Positions 40,701-52,400 of a stretch of 64,000 nucleotides of DNA are shown in pieces; position 1 is the stretch's first letter, and every line of letters starts with the position of its first letter. This stretch comes from Acanthaster planci (Eukaryota), in contig NW_019091357.1 of the NCBI RefSeq assembly GCF_001949145.1, positions 3,355,078 through 3,419,077 of the forward strand, written 5' to 3'. The position numbers were made by a program, and so were the translations under genes. The notes below the pieces were generated by a model that saw only the letters and a program-made list of their open reading frames with translations, had not been told where the DNA came from and did no database searches.

Positions 40701-43700
40701 GGGGCCCATTGATGAGAAGCTCTTGGGTCAAAATTTAGTCAGTGTTGTTGAGTTCTGACAGGAAGCCCTCACAATTTCATCATCTAGTCTCAGGTCAAAA
40801 GCCTGATCTAGTGAACTGCAACAAGTCTTATTCCTTTGTTGTGACTTGACTAACAGAATTAGATACGTTTTACTTATATGAACCCAAATACAACTCTTGA
40901 ATAATTGTCCACCAAATTGAAGGTCATCACACTTGTGATTCACAAAGTAAGGCTTGCGTTATGATGTACCGATAGACTTCTTATGTACAGTACATGTATG
41001 TTTTTACTTTGTACATGTACATGTACTATTCTGTTCTTCTGAGTTTGTTTGGTTTCTGCAGCTGTCATCTTGCAAACAGCTAAGCTGGCGTCTGTTGACC
41101 TTTTGTTCACTTCTCACAATAAAGGCCCAGTTTTCACAAAAACATCCACTATGTGCCTCTGAACCCAACCAACAACAGTGACCAAAAGCCTCGAGTGGCC
41201 GCTACTCCATGTAGTGATGGCAAAACGTGATTGTAGGTTTTTATTACCTACCTGTAAGCGGCTGGCACTGGTCTTGCATGATTGACTGAATTCCCTGAGT
41301 CAGTCACTGATGTTACAGTTTGCTTTTGACTGAACTGGAAGTCCCTCTTGCTTGTGCTTTTTAAAGTAGCAAGTTCCACATAAAAAGTGGAATTTCCTGT
41401 ACTGTGGGGTTTTGCAGTTTTCATTTGTTCTTGAATGGCCCTGGTGCCAACATCAGTCAAGGAAATTTTAAATTTTTTTGAAGAATCTAACTGAATGATG
41501 TACACACACTTTGAACAGAAGTGAAAAAGTGTAGATGCTTTGAAATTCCACAACTAGCATCCAGATGCAGCACCGATTCAAAAATTGTGCCAGCTGGGTA
41601 AAGCTTTTTTTAAAAATTCTTTTTCTAGTCTTAAGGTTTTAGCAAAACATGGCCACTCATGGGTACATGCACTACATGGCAGAGGTACTTAAGCTGCTGG
41701 TTTTGTGAATGGGGTCAGATTTTTTAACTAACATTCTGATGTCAGTATGGTAAAGAAGTAGTTGCCTGGAGTGGAAATAAATGGGCACTGCATGGTTTCA
41801 TAGTTCATCTGGGCTGTTTAGCAGGCTTATTGGCAAGTACGTCTTGAATCAAGTCAGCCAAATGACATAAACAAAGTACACGTACTAGTAAATGTAGAAA
41901 CCTTAGCTTCAAGGTAAAGACTTGTTGGTATTTATGCTTGACATTAGAGCCACAATTTTTTTTCAGAACACCACGTCTAAGCACCTTGTCTCTGAGAATT
42001 TGTTCTCTATCCCTCCACAATTTTGGCAATGTTTTTAAGGATCACCCCAGAGGCGTAGGCAAGGGTACATAAATACAGTTGAGGCAAAAGGTTTACATAC
42101 ACCTGGTAGAACAAAAACAGTTTTCGTCAAATTTCACAACGTTGCTCATTTCTGCCAACCTTTCATGAGGACAGATAAGATGGGTCTCCACTTAATGTAT
42201 ATGGTGTATGCGTCAAATAAAACACCCAGAGATACATGATTCACATTTACATTTACAAAAATCAAAATTTTGCATGCTCCATCCCTAATATTTAGTGCCA
42301 CTTTCTGCATTTTTTGTCACATCTCATAGTCGCAGTGGACCACTTTCTGAAGTGTTTTTGAACGACGATAAGGGGGTAAATGTAAATTTTCTCAGAATCT
42401 TTTTCAGAAATATTAATACTTTGAACTGTAATAAATGTGTCTTGAGTATTTTCAATTGAAGTATACACTATGAATATTAAGTTGAGATACAATTTTTCTG
42501 ACCTCAGGTCATAAAGAAAAAGTTGGCAAAACTATTTCAAACATCGAAAAATGTAGGAAAACTGTTTATCTACAAAGTGTACCGTTGTAAACTTTTCGCC
42601 CCAACTGTACTGCCCTCACTCCTTGGCCACAGTGAAACAGATTTTTTTGCCCACTCAGTATTCGGACTAAGCGGAGTAGTATTTTAAGCAGGCCAATAAC
42701 TATTTCCCCCAGAGGGATTAGTATTTGGCCCTAGCAGATTACTATTTTGCTTGGGGTGATAACACGTACCATATCACTCTTGTGGTTTACTATTTGGCCC
42801 ATATTATGAACGTACCATAATTCACCATTTAGACAGTCATCTAGCTGCCCCGGCAAAATAGTAAATCACCTAGGTGAAAAAGTATCTTCCAGGATGAACT
42901 ACCAATCTGCCTGTGCACTACAGTATTGGGCAAAATGATTTCAATTCCTCTCCGAAGCATCCACAGCCATCCCATTAACACAAAACAAAAACACCTGGTT
43001 CATTAAAAGGAGGACACAGTTTGTGACTTGCCTGGAAAACTGTCTTGTCGCTGATTCTAAAATTCAGGGTAGATTCAGGAAACTCGCGAACGGAAAGGCC
43101 AAAAGCAAGCTGAAGCAGCCCAGTTGGATTCTGAACCAGTGCTATAGAAAGGATGTAATACAAATATTGATGTAAACGGAATGGAGTGAGTGGGGTGTTA
43201 TACCGGTAGCATTACTGAAAAGGGGAACCTCTTTCAGTGAGAATATGTAGACGTAATCAGTATAAAAAGAGGCAGTTAAGGTGTTTTTTTTTATTGTACT
43301 GTGAATAATGAAAGTGCTTAATGTAGCTGTAACTTGTAAATTTAAATCATAGTTTTCATCGTGTGTTTTGTTTTTACAGAGGAGGAGGTAAGTGTTACTT
43401 CAAATAAATACACAGCGTGCATGTTGAACAATTGATATTGCTGAGAAAGATGATTTCACTTACCGATATTTATCATTTCACTTCACTAACACATTGACAA
43501 CTTCACTACCAGTACTCAGTAACTTTACCATTCAATCACTTATTTTCAGGTGTTTGATAAGAGGCCAGAGAAATATGATTTGATTCTTCTTTCCACTTGT
43601 CTCAGAATGCATTTTTTTCTCTCTGAGACATTTCATCGTCAATTCTGACATACATCATGACTTCAAAATTTCAGTTTTTCTCCTTTTATCCCCCTTCTCA

Positions 43701-46137
43701 GCTAAAAGGTTGTTTATGTTATTACTGTACGTCTTGATACATTTATTTTATCAAATAGGAAGACTTTTAAAAAATAGTACCTTTACACTGTACCTGTAAG
43801 TCTCTTTTGTGGGTTGGTTTAAATCAGTGCTTCCTCTCCTTGGTGATCACGTCTTCATCAGTCCTAGGGGTCCCTTACCTTGACGTCCCGTGCAGTGTTT
43901 TTATATACATGTATTGCTGGATTTGGCACGGGTTGGGGTATTATGAACAGACTGAAGTGTTGGCAGCATTATTATGCAGAAAAGTACCCTTTCACTCAAG
44001 AATGAAGTTAGACGTGTTATCACGTACAATTACTCAGATGTGATCATATTAATCCCAAATTTACTTCAACCTTTACAGTTTATGTATTTTGAACTATGTT
44101 GAAGTCAGGGCTGTTTCATTTTGAAGGCTGGATTGTGTTCGTGCAAAGTTGAATGGAGAGCAAACAGCTTGTGCAAGATGATTCCTGACAAAAAAAATCC
44201 CAAGACTGTATATTTCTTTGAATTTTTTTGAAAAACTTGATCTCTGAAGTCAGGATGATTGAATGATAGTCAGCTTGAAGGTCAGGCTTTTCTTTTAAGA
44301 GAGACAAAATGTTGCTGTGTACTGTAGAGGACAGTTCATATACATGGACCAAGGAGGTAAATGATGTTCAGTAAAGTCCACAGCAAAATTGGCAGGAAAT
44401 GGACTTAAAGTTGCATTACCTTTGACTTTGCTTCAGTTGGATCTAGTGTTAGCTGGAGTGAGATTGATTTTGGGGCTGAGTTTGCTCATACTCTACGTTT
44501 TGGAGAGAAAAAGAAGGGGGGATTGAAAAAAATAGCTCTTCATTTGCGGATTGCATTCTCACTGTCTGGTCTGGGCCCTGACGTGCTGCAGAAAGCTTTG
44601 TGTCTCATATACTGGCATCTCTCCTCTGTATAGTGATGGGAATGTGCCGTGCTGTCTACAACTTGATGGTGTTCCCCTCAGTTATCGAGTGCATGGGCAG
44701 ACACTGGAAGCTGGAAAGCTGTGCTTTCTGCTCCATGATGTGTGGAATTGGTTACTTGCCAGGTGGAGTCCTCGGGGGTAAGTTTGTTGGACAATTACCA
44801 ACAGATTTTGTCTGTTACTAATTCGAATTGGCTGTGAAAGACTGCCAAGATTAACTTTTTGCCAGTGCCGGTGGCCCAAGATATATTGATGGGAGCATGA
44901 TTTGACCCTGCGACCTTGAGACTTGCGTACTGGCTCTCTACTCACTGTGCTGCTCTGCGCCGTGTTGTTGGTTTCTGAACTTATGGATGCCATTAAATCT
45001 TGAGACCACTAAGGAAGGGATCCAGAAGACCAGAACCTTTTGTTTTCTGAGGAAGCAAACTTTTTTTTGGAGGAGGGGTCAAAAAATTTGGAAATATCAT
45101 GATCGTTTATGGCCTTTCTGAGAGATAGGGAGTGGTTAATTAATTTGCCTTTTTTGTTGAAAAAAAGTTATTTTTCTCCAGGGTGGGGGCATACATATGA
45201 AGCAAGATATCAGACAGAGAGAACTCCCCCTGCTTTGTGTAGATCATTGTTTCACTGGAATCTGAGGAATTCTTTTCAGACATCTGGGGGGGGGTGTGTG
45301 TTAGATAACAATAGTCTAGAGTGTGTATTGTGATTGGACTTGCTGGGGGGGTACCCCTTGGTCCCATTTCTTGCTGGATATTAGGGCATACATCCCATTG
45401 ACCCAGTGGGTCCACCCTTACGGACTGCTGAGAAGAGATGAATATTCAGATTGTAAAGTAATGAATCCCACTCTGGCTGAAGAAGACCTCCGTTGCTCTT
45501 TGGGAGTTGTATCCCAAAGTGTTTTGTCATTTCCCATGAGCTTATCGTGGTCCTTGCCCTCTGCCACCCAGGGTAAACACCTGGACTGGGTATTTCAGTA
45601 TCAACCTGCTTCCCTTGGCTGTTCCCTGGGAACACTTGTCGGGGGTATTTACCTCCCACCCCTAAAACTGAACACTTCTTCACTGTCTCATCCCCTATGG
45701 TCCCCGAGGAGAAAAGTCTACGTTCAACTGCTAGGGCTACCCTGCTTGAATGAAACGATAAATGTATGTACCTCGTAAATTGAAAATTAAATAAAAGAGG
45801 AATTGATACTTCTGATGTGTCTCTCCAACTGCTCAGTTGACGTTCCTTTCCCCGTAGTACTGGATGGGATGAAATAAATTATAACGTGACGTTGAACGCT
45901 AACATTACAGGTGCCTTGTTTGATGCCACCGGCTCCTATCTGTACTCGCTGCTGGTGTGCATCGCCCTCTACCTAATCACGTGCCTTTTGCTGGTCTGGG
46001 GTGCGTACCGCTTCCGTCGTTCCCAGCGTGCCCTGGGCCAGACAGTTGGCCCATCGGCAGCCATTGAGGAAAGCAAAGCAGAGGAAGAGCAGATTAAGGA
46101 CGTGTATGTGGTGGATGAGATCATGACCACAGTGTAA
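28779..46137 (+). CDS. SLC16/MCT-like MFS transporter, paralog B (6 exons, 512 aa)
   Basis: Exons 28779-29061, 31656-31949, 33565-33929, 38901-39126, 44634-44777, 45911-46137. GT-AG, total 1539 nt. Same intron phases as paralog A, and exons 4 and 5 have identical lengths (226, 144 nt). Motifs: SWKWVIL, GWVGSL, KIGYRS, YFHKRSVQASG, LFDATGSY. Confidence 0.88.
30256..30800. mobile_element. hAT-like non-autonomous DNA transposon, 8-bp TSD
   Basis: Termini TTGGGCT... / ...CAGCCCTA, subterminal GAATATTCGA repeats, flanks GTATCATG and GTATTATG. Confidence 0.65.
32504..33243. mobile_element. Non-autonomous DNA transposon, 6-bp TSD (hAT-like)
   Basis: TIRs TAGGCCTCAAATTTCA / TGAAATTTGAGGCCTG, TATGCA on both flanks, subterminal TGCCC repeats. 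Confidence 0.75.
34864..35774. mobile_element. Non-autonomous DNA transposon, 6-bp TSD (hAT-like)
   Basis: Perfect 15-bp TIRs CAGGGATGAGATTCT / AGAATCTCATCCCTG, GCAAAT on both flanks, TTCCGCTTTT subterminal repeats. Confidence 0.8.
37400..38100 (+). mobile_element. Highly decayed LINE reverse-transcriptase remnant
   Basis: Conceptual translation gives SSGEPQGT (resembles RT motif SGVPQG) near 37460 and QDLD followed by frameshifted L/W..W (resembles QxDLDxLxxW) near 38010, interrupted by stops and frameshifts. Confidence 0.3.
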
Positions 46138-47029
46138 AGATCCAAACCAGATGCCATATGCTGAGTTTGTAAGTTGGGTGTGTGGGGGGGGGAGTAGATA
46201 GTACACTGAAAAATTATCCTCTCAAAACATGTTGGACTGCATGAGTACAGTTTGGCACACTAAGCATGTCACAGTGTACTTGCTTTTCGTATATAGGGTC
46301 CAAAGAGTAAAAACTGCGTGCGTGATGCACATTTAGCTTTCTTATTTTCATATTCAGAATTTGGGTAATCGGGTATGCGTAACTTGTTCCTATAGCCAGT
46401 AGCAAACTTGTTCGGCAGAAATCAGCCAAGTTGGCAACAGAGAGCCACCGACGTGCAGTGTAAATCATTGGGTATTACCAGCCAGTGGCTCTGCAGAGCC
46501 TTGTGGATATATTGCAGTAATTGACAAGCCTTAAGTGGGCCAGCGACTTACAGTCTCCTCCCTCGCATGTGACCAAAGTCTCTCTGACGGTGACAAACTA
46601 AAGCTCGGTCCTCAGATCCAGTTGAGGAAGCCAGCAGTTTCCAAAGATGCTTTTGTAGTTCAGATGATTCATTTGTAAACTTAGCGCAATATTAAAATAC
46701 ATGTGTGTGCACGCGAAGTACAAATGAATAAGCCTATTGATTTATAGATGATGACCAAAGCAATTGTATAAAGCATCTCTTTGCATGAAATCTCAAATGG
46801 CAATTCCTATTCAAAGCTCGAGTAGAGTAGTTTTGAAGTGTGGTAACTAGTAGAATACATTACCGCCTACATGTACTGAGTAAGTGGTCGACTTAGTGAT
46901 ATTTTCAGTATTTTTTTACATTTTAATACATGCACGCATGCAAGTAGCACCCTATGGCACTTGAGACTTGACCGTTTATGGATAGTATATAATAATAAAT
47001 TATGAAAGAGAACAATAAATTAAATGGAG

Positions 47030-47095
47030 CTTGATTTTAACCTGTGACCTTTTGAACAATGTAGTGGCACTTAACCAACTGAGCTACCCGACCCT
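47030..47095 (-). mobile_element. tRNA-derived SINE head / tRNA pseudogene
   Basis: Minus strand reads GGGTCGGGTAGCTCAGTTGGTTAAGTGC...GGTCACAGGTTAAAATC: intact A-box, degenerate B-box, no complete cloverleaf. Confidence 0.55.
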
Positions 47096-47319
47096 ATTTT
47101 GGTGGTTCTCCCCAGTATCTTAGTTCGTTTATATAATATGTAAATATTGGTGTTGGCATGTTTGGATATGGATTAGGCAATACTGTGTTGAGTGAAAGAT
47201 GGTACTACATTTAGATGTATCTACTTGAGAATCCAACTTGTCGCCATTTCCTTATTTTTTCCCTCTCAACATGCACATTTGGTATGTTGAACAGTCAGAA
47301 TAGTGCATTCGTCTGGAGA

Positions 47320-47378
47320 TTAACCCTAACCCTCCTCAATCCTTCACCTGTTGGAGGACTGAGGAGTGTTAGGGTTAA
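47320..47378. mobile_element. piggyBac-like mini-element / hairpin
   Basis: TTAA|CCCT...AGGG|TTAA (TTAA target site plus CCCT/AGGG termini); the whole element is a near-perfect inverted repeat. Confidence 0.6.
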
Positions 47379-48345
47379 GGATTGTCAGGGTGAAGTCGCT
47401 AGCAAGCATCTTTCAGCTTTTCTCTTGCCCACTGGATACACGTACATCTACACGTATATGTACATGTACACACCCAAATGAAATCTGTATCTCGTGTGTA
47501 TTTCATTTAATAAGAAAAGATTGGTTAGTTAAGTCAGAGTTATCTATTTTTGGTTTCTGGTTATGATGTGGTAACTTCTAGCGTAAATAAATCTTGCCCT
47601 TCTATATTTTTTTTAGAGTTTCTATTGAGTTCTTCATGTTGAAATGTGACATGTTATTCTGAACAAGAGTAAGTTGTAAGAATTTGTACAACTCGCACAG
47701 TTCGTGTATTTGCCCTTTTTCTTCATCGTTGTAGGTGTGGACCCCACATTTCCTGGGTAATTGCACCAGACTAGTGGTGAGCGCACTGATGTTCACAGCC
47801 ATTCTCCAAAAAATATTGCAAAGACTAGCTGAAATTTACATAGTTTATGGCTGAGAATGGGAAATGTGAAATGATCAGCGGTGAAGGAATGGGTCAGAGA
47901 GTGAATGTAAAGCCCCATCCCCAAGTTGTTTTTTCCTACCCCGGCCTTGTAGCCCTTTTCTCCCAAATCCCCAGTGGTGGTTCCAGAATACTTGCTTGGG
48001 TACTGTACAGTGTAGGTGATGGAAATTTGCACCTTTCATATGAATGTCTTGACATGGCAGCAGTGCGCCATGTGGATTTTATCTTTGATGGAGAGTAGTT
48101 ATGTGTTGGGCAGTTTACTGTTCACCGCACGACATGTATCTGAAATTTTTGACCAACTTGCGTGTACCGGTACTCAAGTTATGCTGTAGTTGAACAAAAC
48201 CTTAGTACAAGATAATTGCAATGAAATTGTGACAAAAATTATAAATGTCTTATAAAGAATTTTTAAGATATGAAATTTTTTTATCAAATCGAAGAAATGT
48301 TTATAAGAAAAAAGTCCAAACTCAGATTGTTAACCTGTAGCTTTA

Positions 48346-48359
48346 AATAAAGAAATAAA
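48346..48359 (+). terminator. Candidate tandem polyadenylation signals of transporter B
   Basis: Two AATAAA hexamers followed by a GT-rich tract. Confidence 0.4.
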
Positions 48360-49434
48360 GCAAACTCGTGTTTGGCTGTACCAGATTTGTATTTTCTACA
48401 AAGAAAAATTTAAAAGAAGAGGTGATAACAACAAAGATAATTTATGTTTTGATGAGGGGGCTGAAATGAATGTTTTTTATTTCAAAAAGATAATCATCAG
48501 AAGTGAGTCTGACAGCAGGTGACAAATCGCCTCGATCCTGTAAATTCATTTTTATCAGTAGAAATGTACGTATAATTTCATTTAGGTATCACTTGAAAGC
48601 ACAGAAAAGGTCATTGCATTTTACAGTATTGCTATTGCATTTTACCATAGACTAAGCAGTATGTTAATCGTTAAATGCCTTCAATTTTGAGTTGGGCTTT
48701 TAGATGTGGAGATGATTTGATGGTAGTTATATTATTTGGCATAAACGTGCATAACGCGATAGAGTTTTGTCTTTGAAAATAAAGGACCAGCCGTAGAAAC
48801 ACTACTGTGGCGCATGACTAGTTATTGTCTAAATGGTATCTTGATGTTTGTATGTTTTATGGCGTTTAGTATCTGTAACTGTGCACCGACATTTGCTTAA
48901 GAGTTTTATATTTAGCTTATTTATTCATCGTTTTCTTACAAGTGTGAGATTCGTTTTTTTTTTAATTTCTATTTAGATAGGAGCTGTTTGGGGGCTTTTG
49001 TCTTACGTGTTTCTGTCTCATGAAATGCATTTTAACTTACTAGTTCTCGACAACAATTCAATAACTCATTTAATTGCGTCAGGATTCCGTTTGATAAATT
49101 CGTGCATGCTACACAGTTCTAAGTATAGCAATTTGAATTGTTACTGTCCAAATAACGTTCGTATCAACAGTATCAGCGACCGGGGTTAGGAGCTAGTACT
49201 CCGCTCTTTCCGCGTGTTAAAAGTTGAACCCGTTCGATGTCCGAGTGAATTTAATGACAGCGCAGTGGCTTCTCGACTCAGTACCATTTCACCACAGAGC
49301 CTTCCATTTCAGGTTTCCCCCTTGAAGTTTTCGTACGCCAAGAGATTGTGCAACGACCATTCCATCACAACCCCGCAGCAGGCCACGGTGAATAATTCGT
49401 GCTTGCTTTCCCGTTGGTGGATTTGTCGTCAGAC

Positions 49435-52400
49435 TCATTTAAACGTCAGCCACCTCTGTGGGTTGGTCTTCGTGATTTTATCGATGACGGCTTGCGACAG
49501 TCCCCTGGCTCGCATCTTTGGCAGGACGTGGAGACTGATGTGAGACAGACCATGGCCGCCGTACTTCATCTGTGAAGACACAAGTTAAAATGAGACGCTG
49601 ATATAAAACAAAGTACTTCGAATATAGGTTTGCGGTATCTATACGGACATCTGTAGATGACGTTATTTTCAGAGCCATTTTCAGGTGCAGTGAATTGCAC
49701 CTTTTGATGCTCTTATATTGTTCATGCTTTTCAAGTCAATTTAGACTATCTCTGAACTTCAGTTGTACGTCTTTGCAAGCCTCTACTGATGATAACTTTG
49801 TTGACTTCGCACATTTGTTTACGTGCGGGCTTTCCTGCAGGTGTTTGAAAGACTACGCCCCCACCGGCTCCCTAGGAATGATGCACTTGTGACGTCATAC
49901 ACTGGATAGCTTTTGCACATTGTGGCTGCTGCTTTATACATGTAATTTGTGACGGCCTTTCCTCTTATTTCTAATAGGATGATCAGAGAAACTAACGTTT
50001 TCATTCAATAAAAGTAACAGAAATATCCAAGCATCAAGAAGCGTCCCTGGCACCAAGTCACGCATCCATGAAAGCGTAAGTCTATTCAGGTTAAATGGAA
50101 CTGTCGTGAAGAGTGTAAGTTTCTTCCATTACTGAGAAGAAAGTGCAATGTAAATGATTTATATTTTCTTGCAGAAAGGCAGTTCATTGAAGGGCAGATA
50201 TCTGCCAGTCTCAAGTTCTTTGGAAAATTAATCAGCCTATCAATGTTTGCCAGTGACGATAATAGCGTGCTTAATCCTGTTTTCTCTGTCATGAGCTCCT
50301 TCACTTGAGAGATTTAATTCCTTGAAATTTTTCTTTTCTAACATCAATCAATGAACCTTCATAATAGTGTTGTTTTTAAGTTCTTCCAGCACAAAGTTAA
50401 CTACTCATTTTGGAGCAAGCTCTTGTCACGGCTGCTCTTGAACTAGATTTGTCGAAACAGGACTCACCATCTGATGTCTTCCGTGGAAGTCATGGGATAT
50501 GACCACCCTGTCTTCCATCCCTTCCTCCACCAGGCTTTTGATCATCTGGATCCTCTGCCCGTCGTTCATGGAATCGATCTCCGGGTGGTACTGGCAGTGT
50601 GCTACCTCAGTGCCGAAGAAATCGAACTCTAGCAGGGTGCCAAGCTCGGAAAACTCCAGCAGACCCTCTCTAGTGAAGAAGCATGCTGAATTAAGCAAAA
50701 GAGGCGGGTGAACGAATTTACTGGATCGCACAAATTTTTTGGTATCTAGTTTGGGTAAGTGTCAACGCCAGCGTCGCTTCCTGTTGGCTTCAAGATTAGG
50801 TGTGCATGGAGGACTCATTCTATGCGCCACACTCTTTAAAAATAATGACCCCGTATAGTCACCAAAGTGGACCTAATATCTCAAATTTTGAATACAAGCC
50901 AAGGGTACGGTTCGAAAGTGACTTATTGTGAACAGTCAGAAATGTCTGTCATAAAATTGAACGAGCTTATGTCCCTGAAGTTAGCTATCAATAATTTGGT
51001 GGGTGTCCTGGTCTCTCCACTGCAGATTTGCGCCGATAGTGATCCAGATACCATCATTATTTGATTGTAGGGATTGGTACCCCCAGGAGACTAGTTCAAC
51101 TTAAACCTCTCAATCCCGATGGTCTTGTAGTCCGCCGTACGATAACGTAGTTTTTTGGCATGAGGCCCAGTGGAAATAAACGAGGGCCCTTTTAAGCTAG
51201 AACCTTATGCAACGCACAGCTGCCACCATTTTTCTCCACACCCTGTGCTCATCCTGTGCTCAAGGTCGCAGACACCAAAGAAATGGCCTGTTCAGATCAA
51301 AGACTGTTTCTTACTGTCGAGATGGTCCATGACAATCTTGTCGACCTGCGCCCCGGCCTCCTGCAATATTCGCACCGCCTCTTCGGGTGATTTAGGATCC
51401 AGGCCTGGGTGGATGGACACCGGGCAGCCAAGCGTCGACTGAACAGCAGCTGTGGCGCGAAGAATCTTCCGCTCATTAGCTACAGAGAGAAAACGAGTGG
51501 GCTTAGGGTTTAACCAGTTTTGAGTTTTCCCTATTTTATGCAAATGGACAATCTGGGGTAAATATAATATGAACCTGTCACTCCCGTACCCTTCATTTTT
51601 CTTCGATGCCCAGAACTTTAGGACGATTTTAGACAGAAAATGCTACATGGTTAACTGCACTGCATGTGCTAACTTTGGGCTTGTTGTGGAGCGCCCGCTC
51701 GTGACCTTGAGTTTTTAACTTAAAAATATGGGGGCGCTGTTTGAGATGACTACAGTCTCCACGTCTCAATCGCATGAAATTTTGGCATGTACATAACTGT
51801 CTCGAGTTTTGGCAGTGGCATGCTAGTGATAAAATTGTCCTGACCGAAAACAACATTGATCGTTTGGACACAGACACCATGAAAGACTGCTACTGACTGT
51901 AATCTGCCCTATTTCGTCGTTTTTTCCCTTCCGGTAGGAAAAATGCTTGACGTTTTCGTGGAACATTCATATACATGGAGTTGAACAACTGGTTCAACAC
52001 TCAAGTGTGCATGCATTCTGAAGGGTGTTTACACTTGGGGCTTGGACAGAACGTTAATCACAGTGCCATATGTGGCAATAGCGATGACGTCATTTCTTCA
52101 CAGAATTTTATGAAAGTCCAACTATAATCCCAGCTCCCTGTATGGGGAGTGGAGGCGAGCGACGCCCATCCCGGCCCTAAACTTTGCAATGATTAACGTG
52201 CGCCAGCGACACACCAACCTGTCATCGGCCACGTGCAGCCTATCTCGCCGATAAGTCCGCAACGACCCATGCTGCCATCGGCTCCCACCAAGATTTCGGA
52301 GGTCAGGAGCCTTTCAATCTCTTCCTGTGTCATCCCGTCTACTTCCGGTGGGTGTGTGCTTGAGTAATAGTAGCCTACGGGAAGACAATGTTTTTAATAT

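Noticed and set aside
47030..47095. Functional tRNA gene
   Set aside because: B-box/T-loop is degenerate and the acceptor and anticodon stems do not pair; kept only as a SINE-like remnant.
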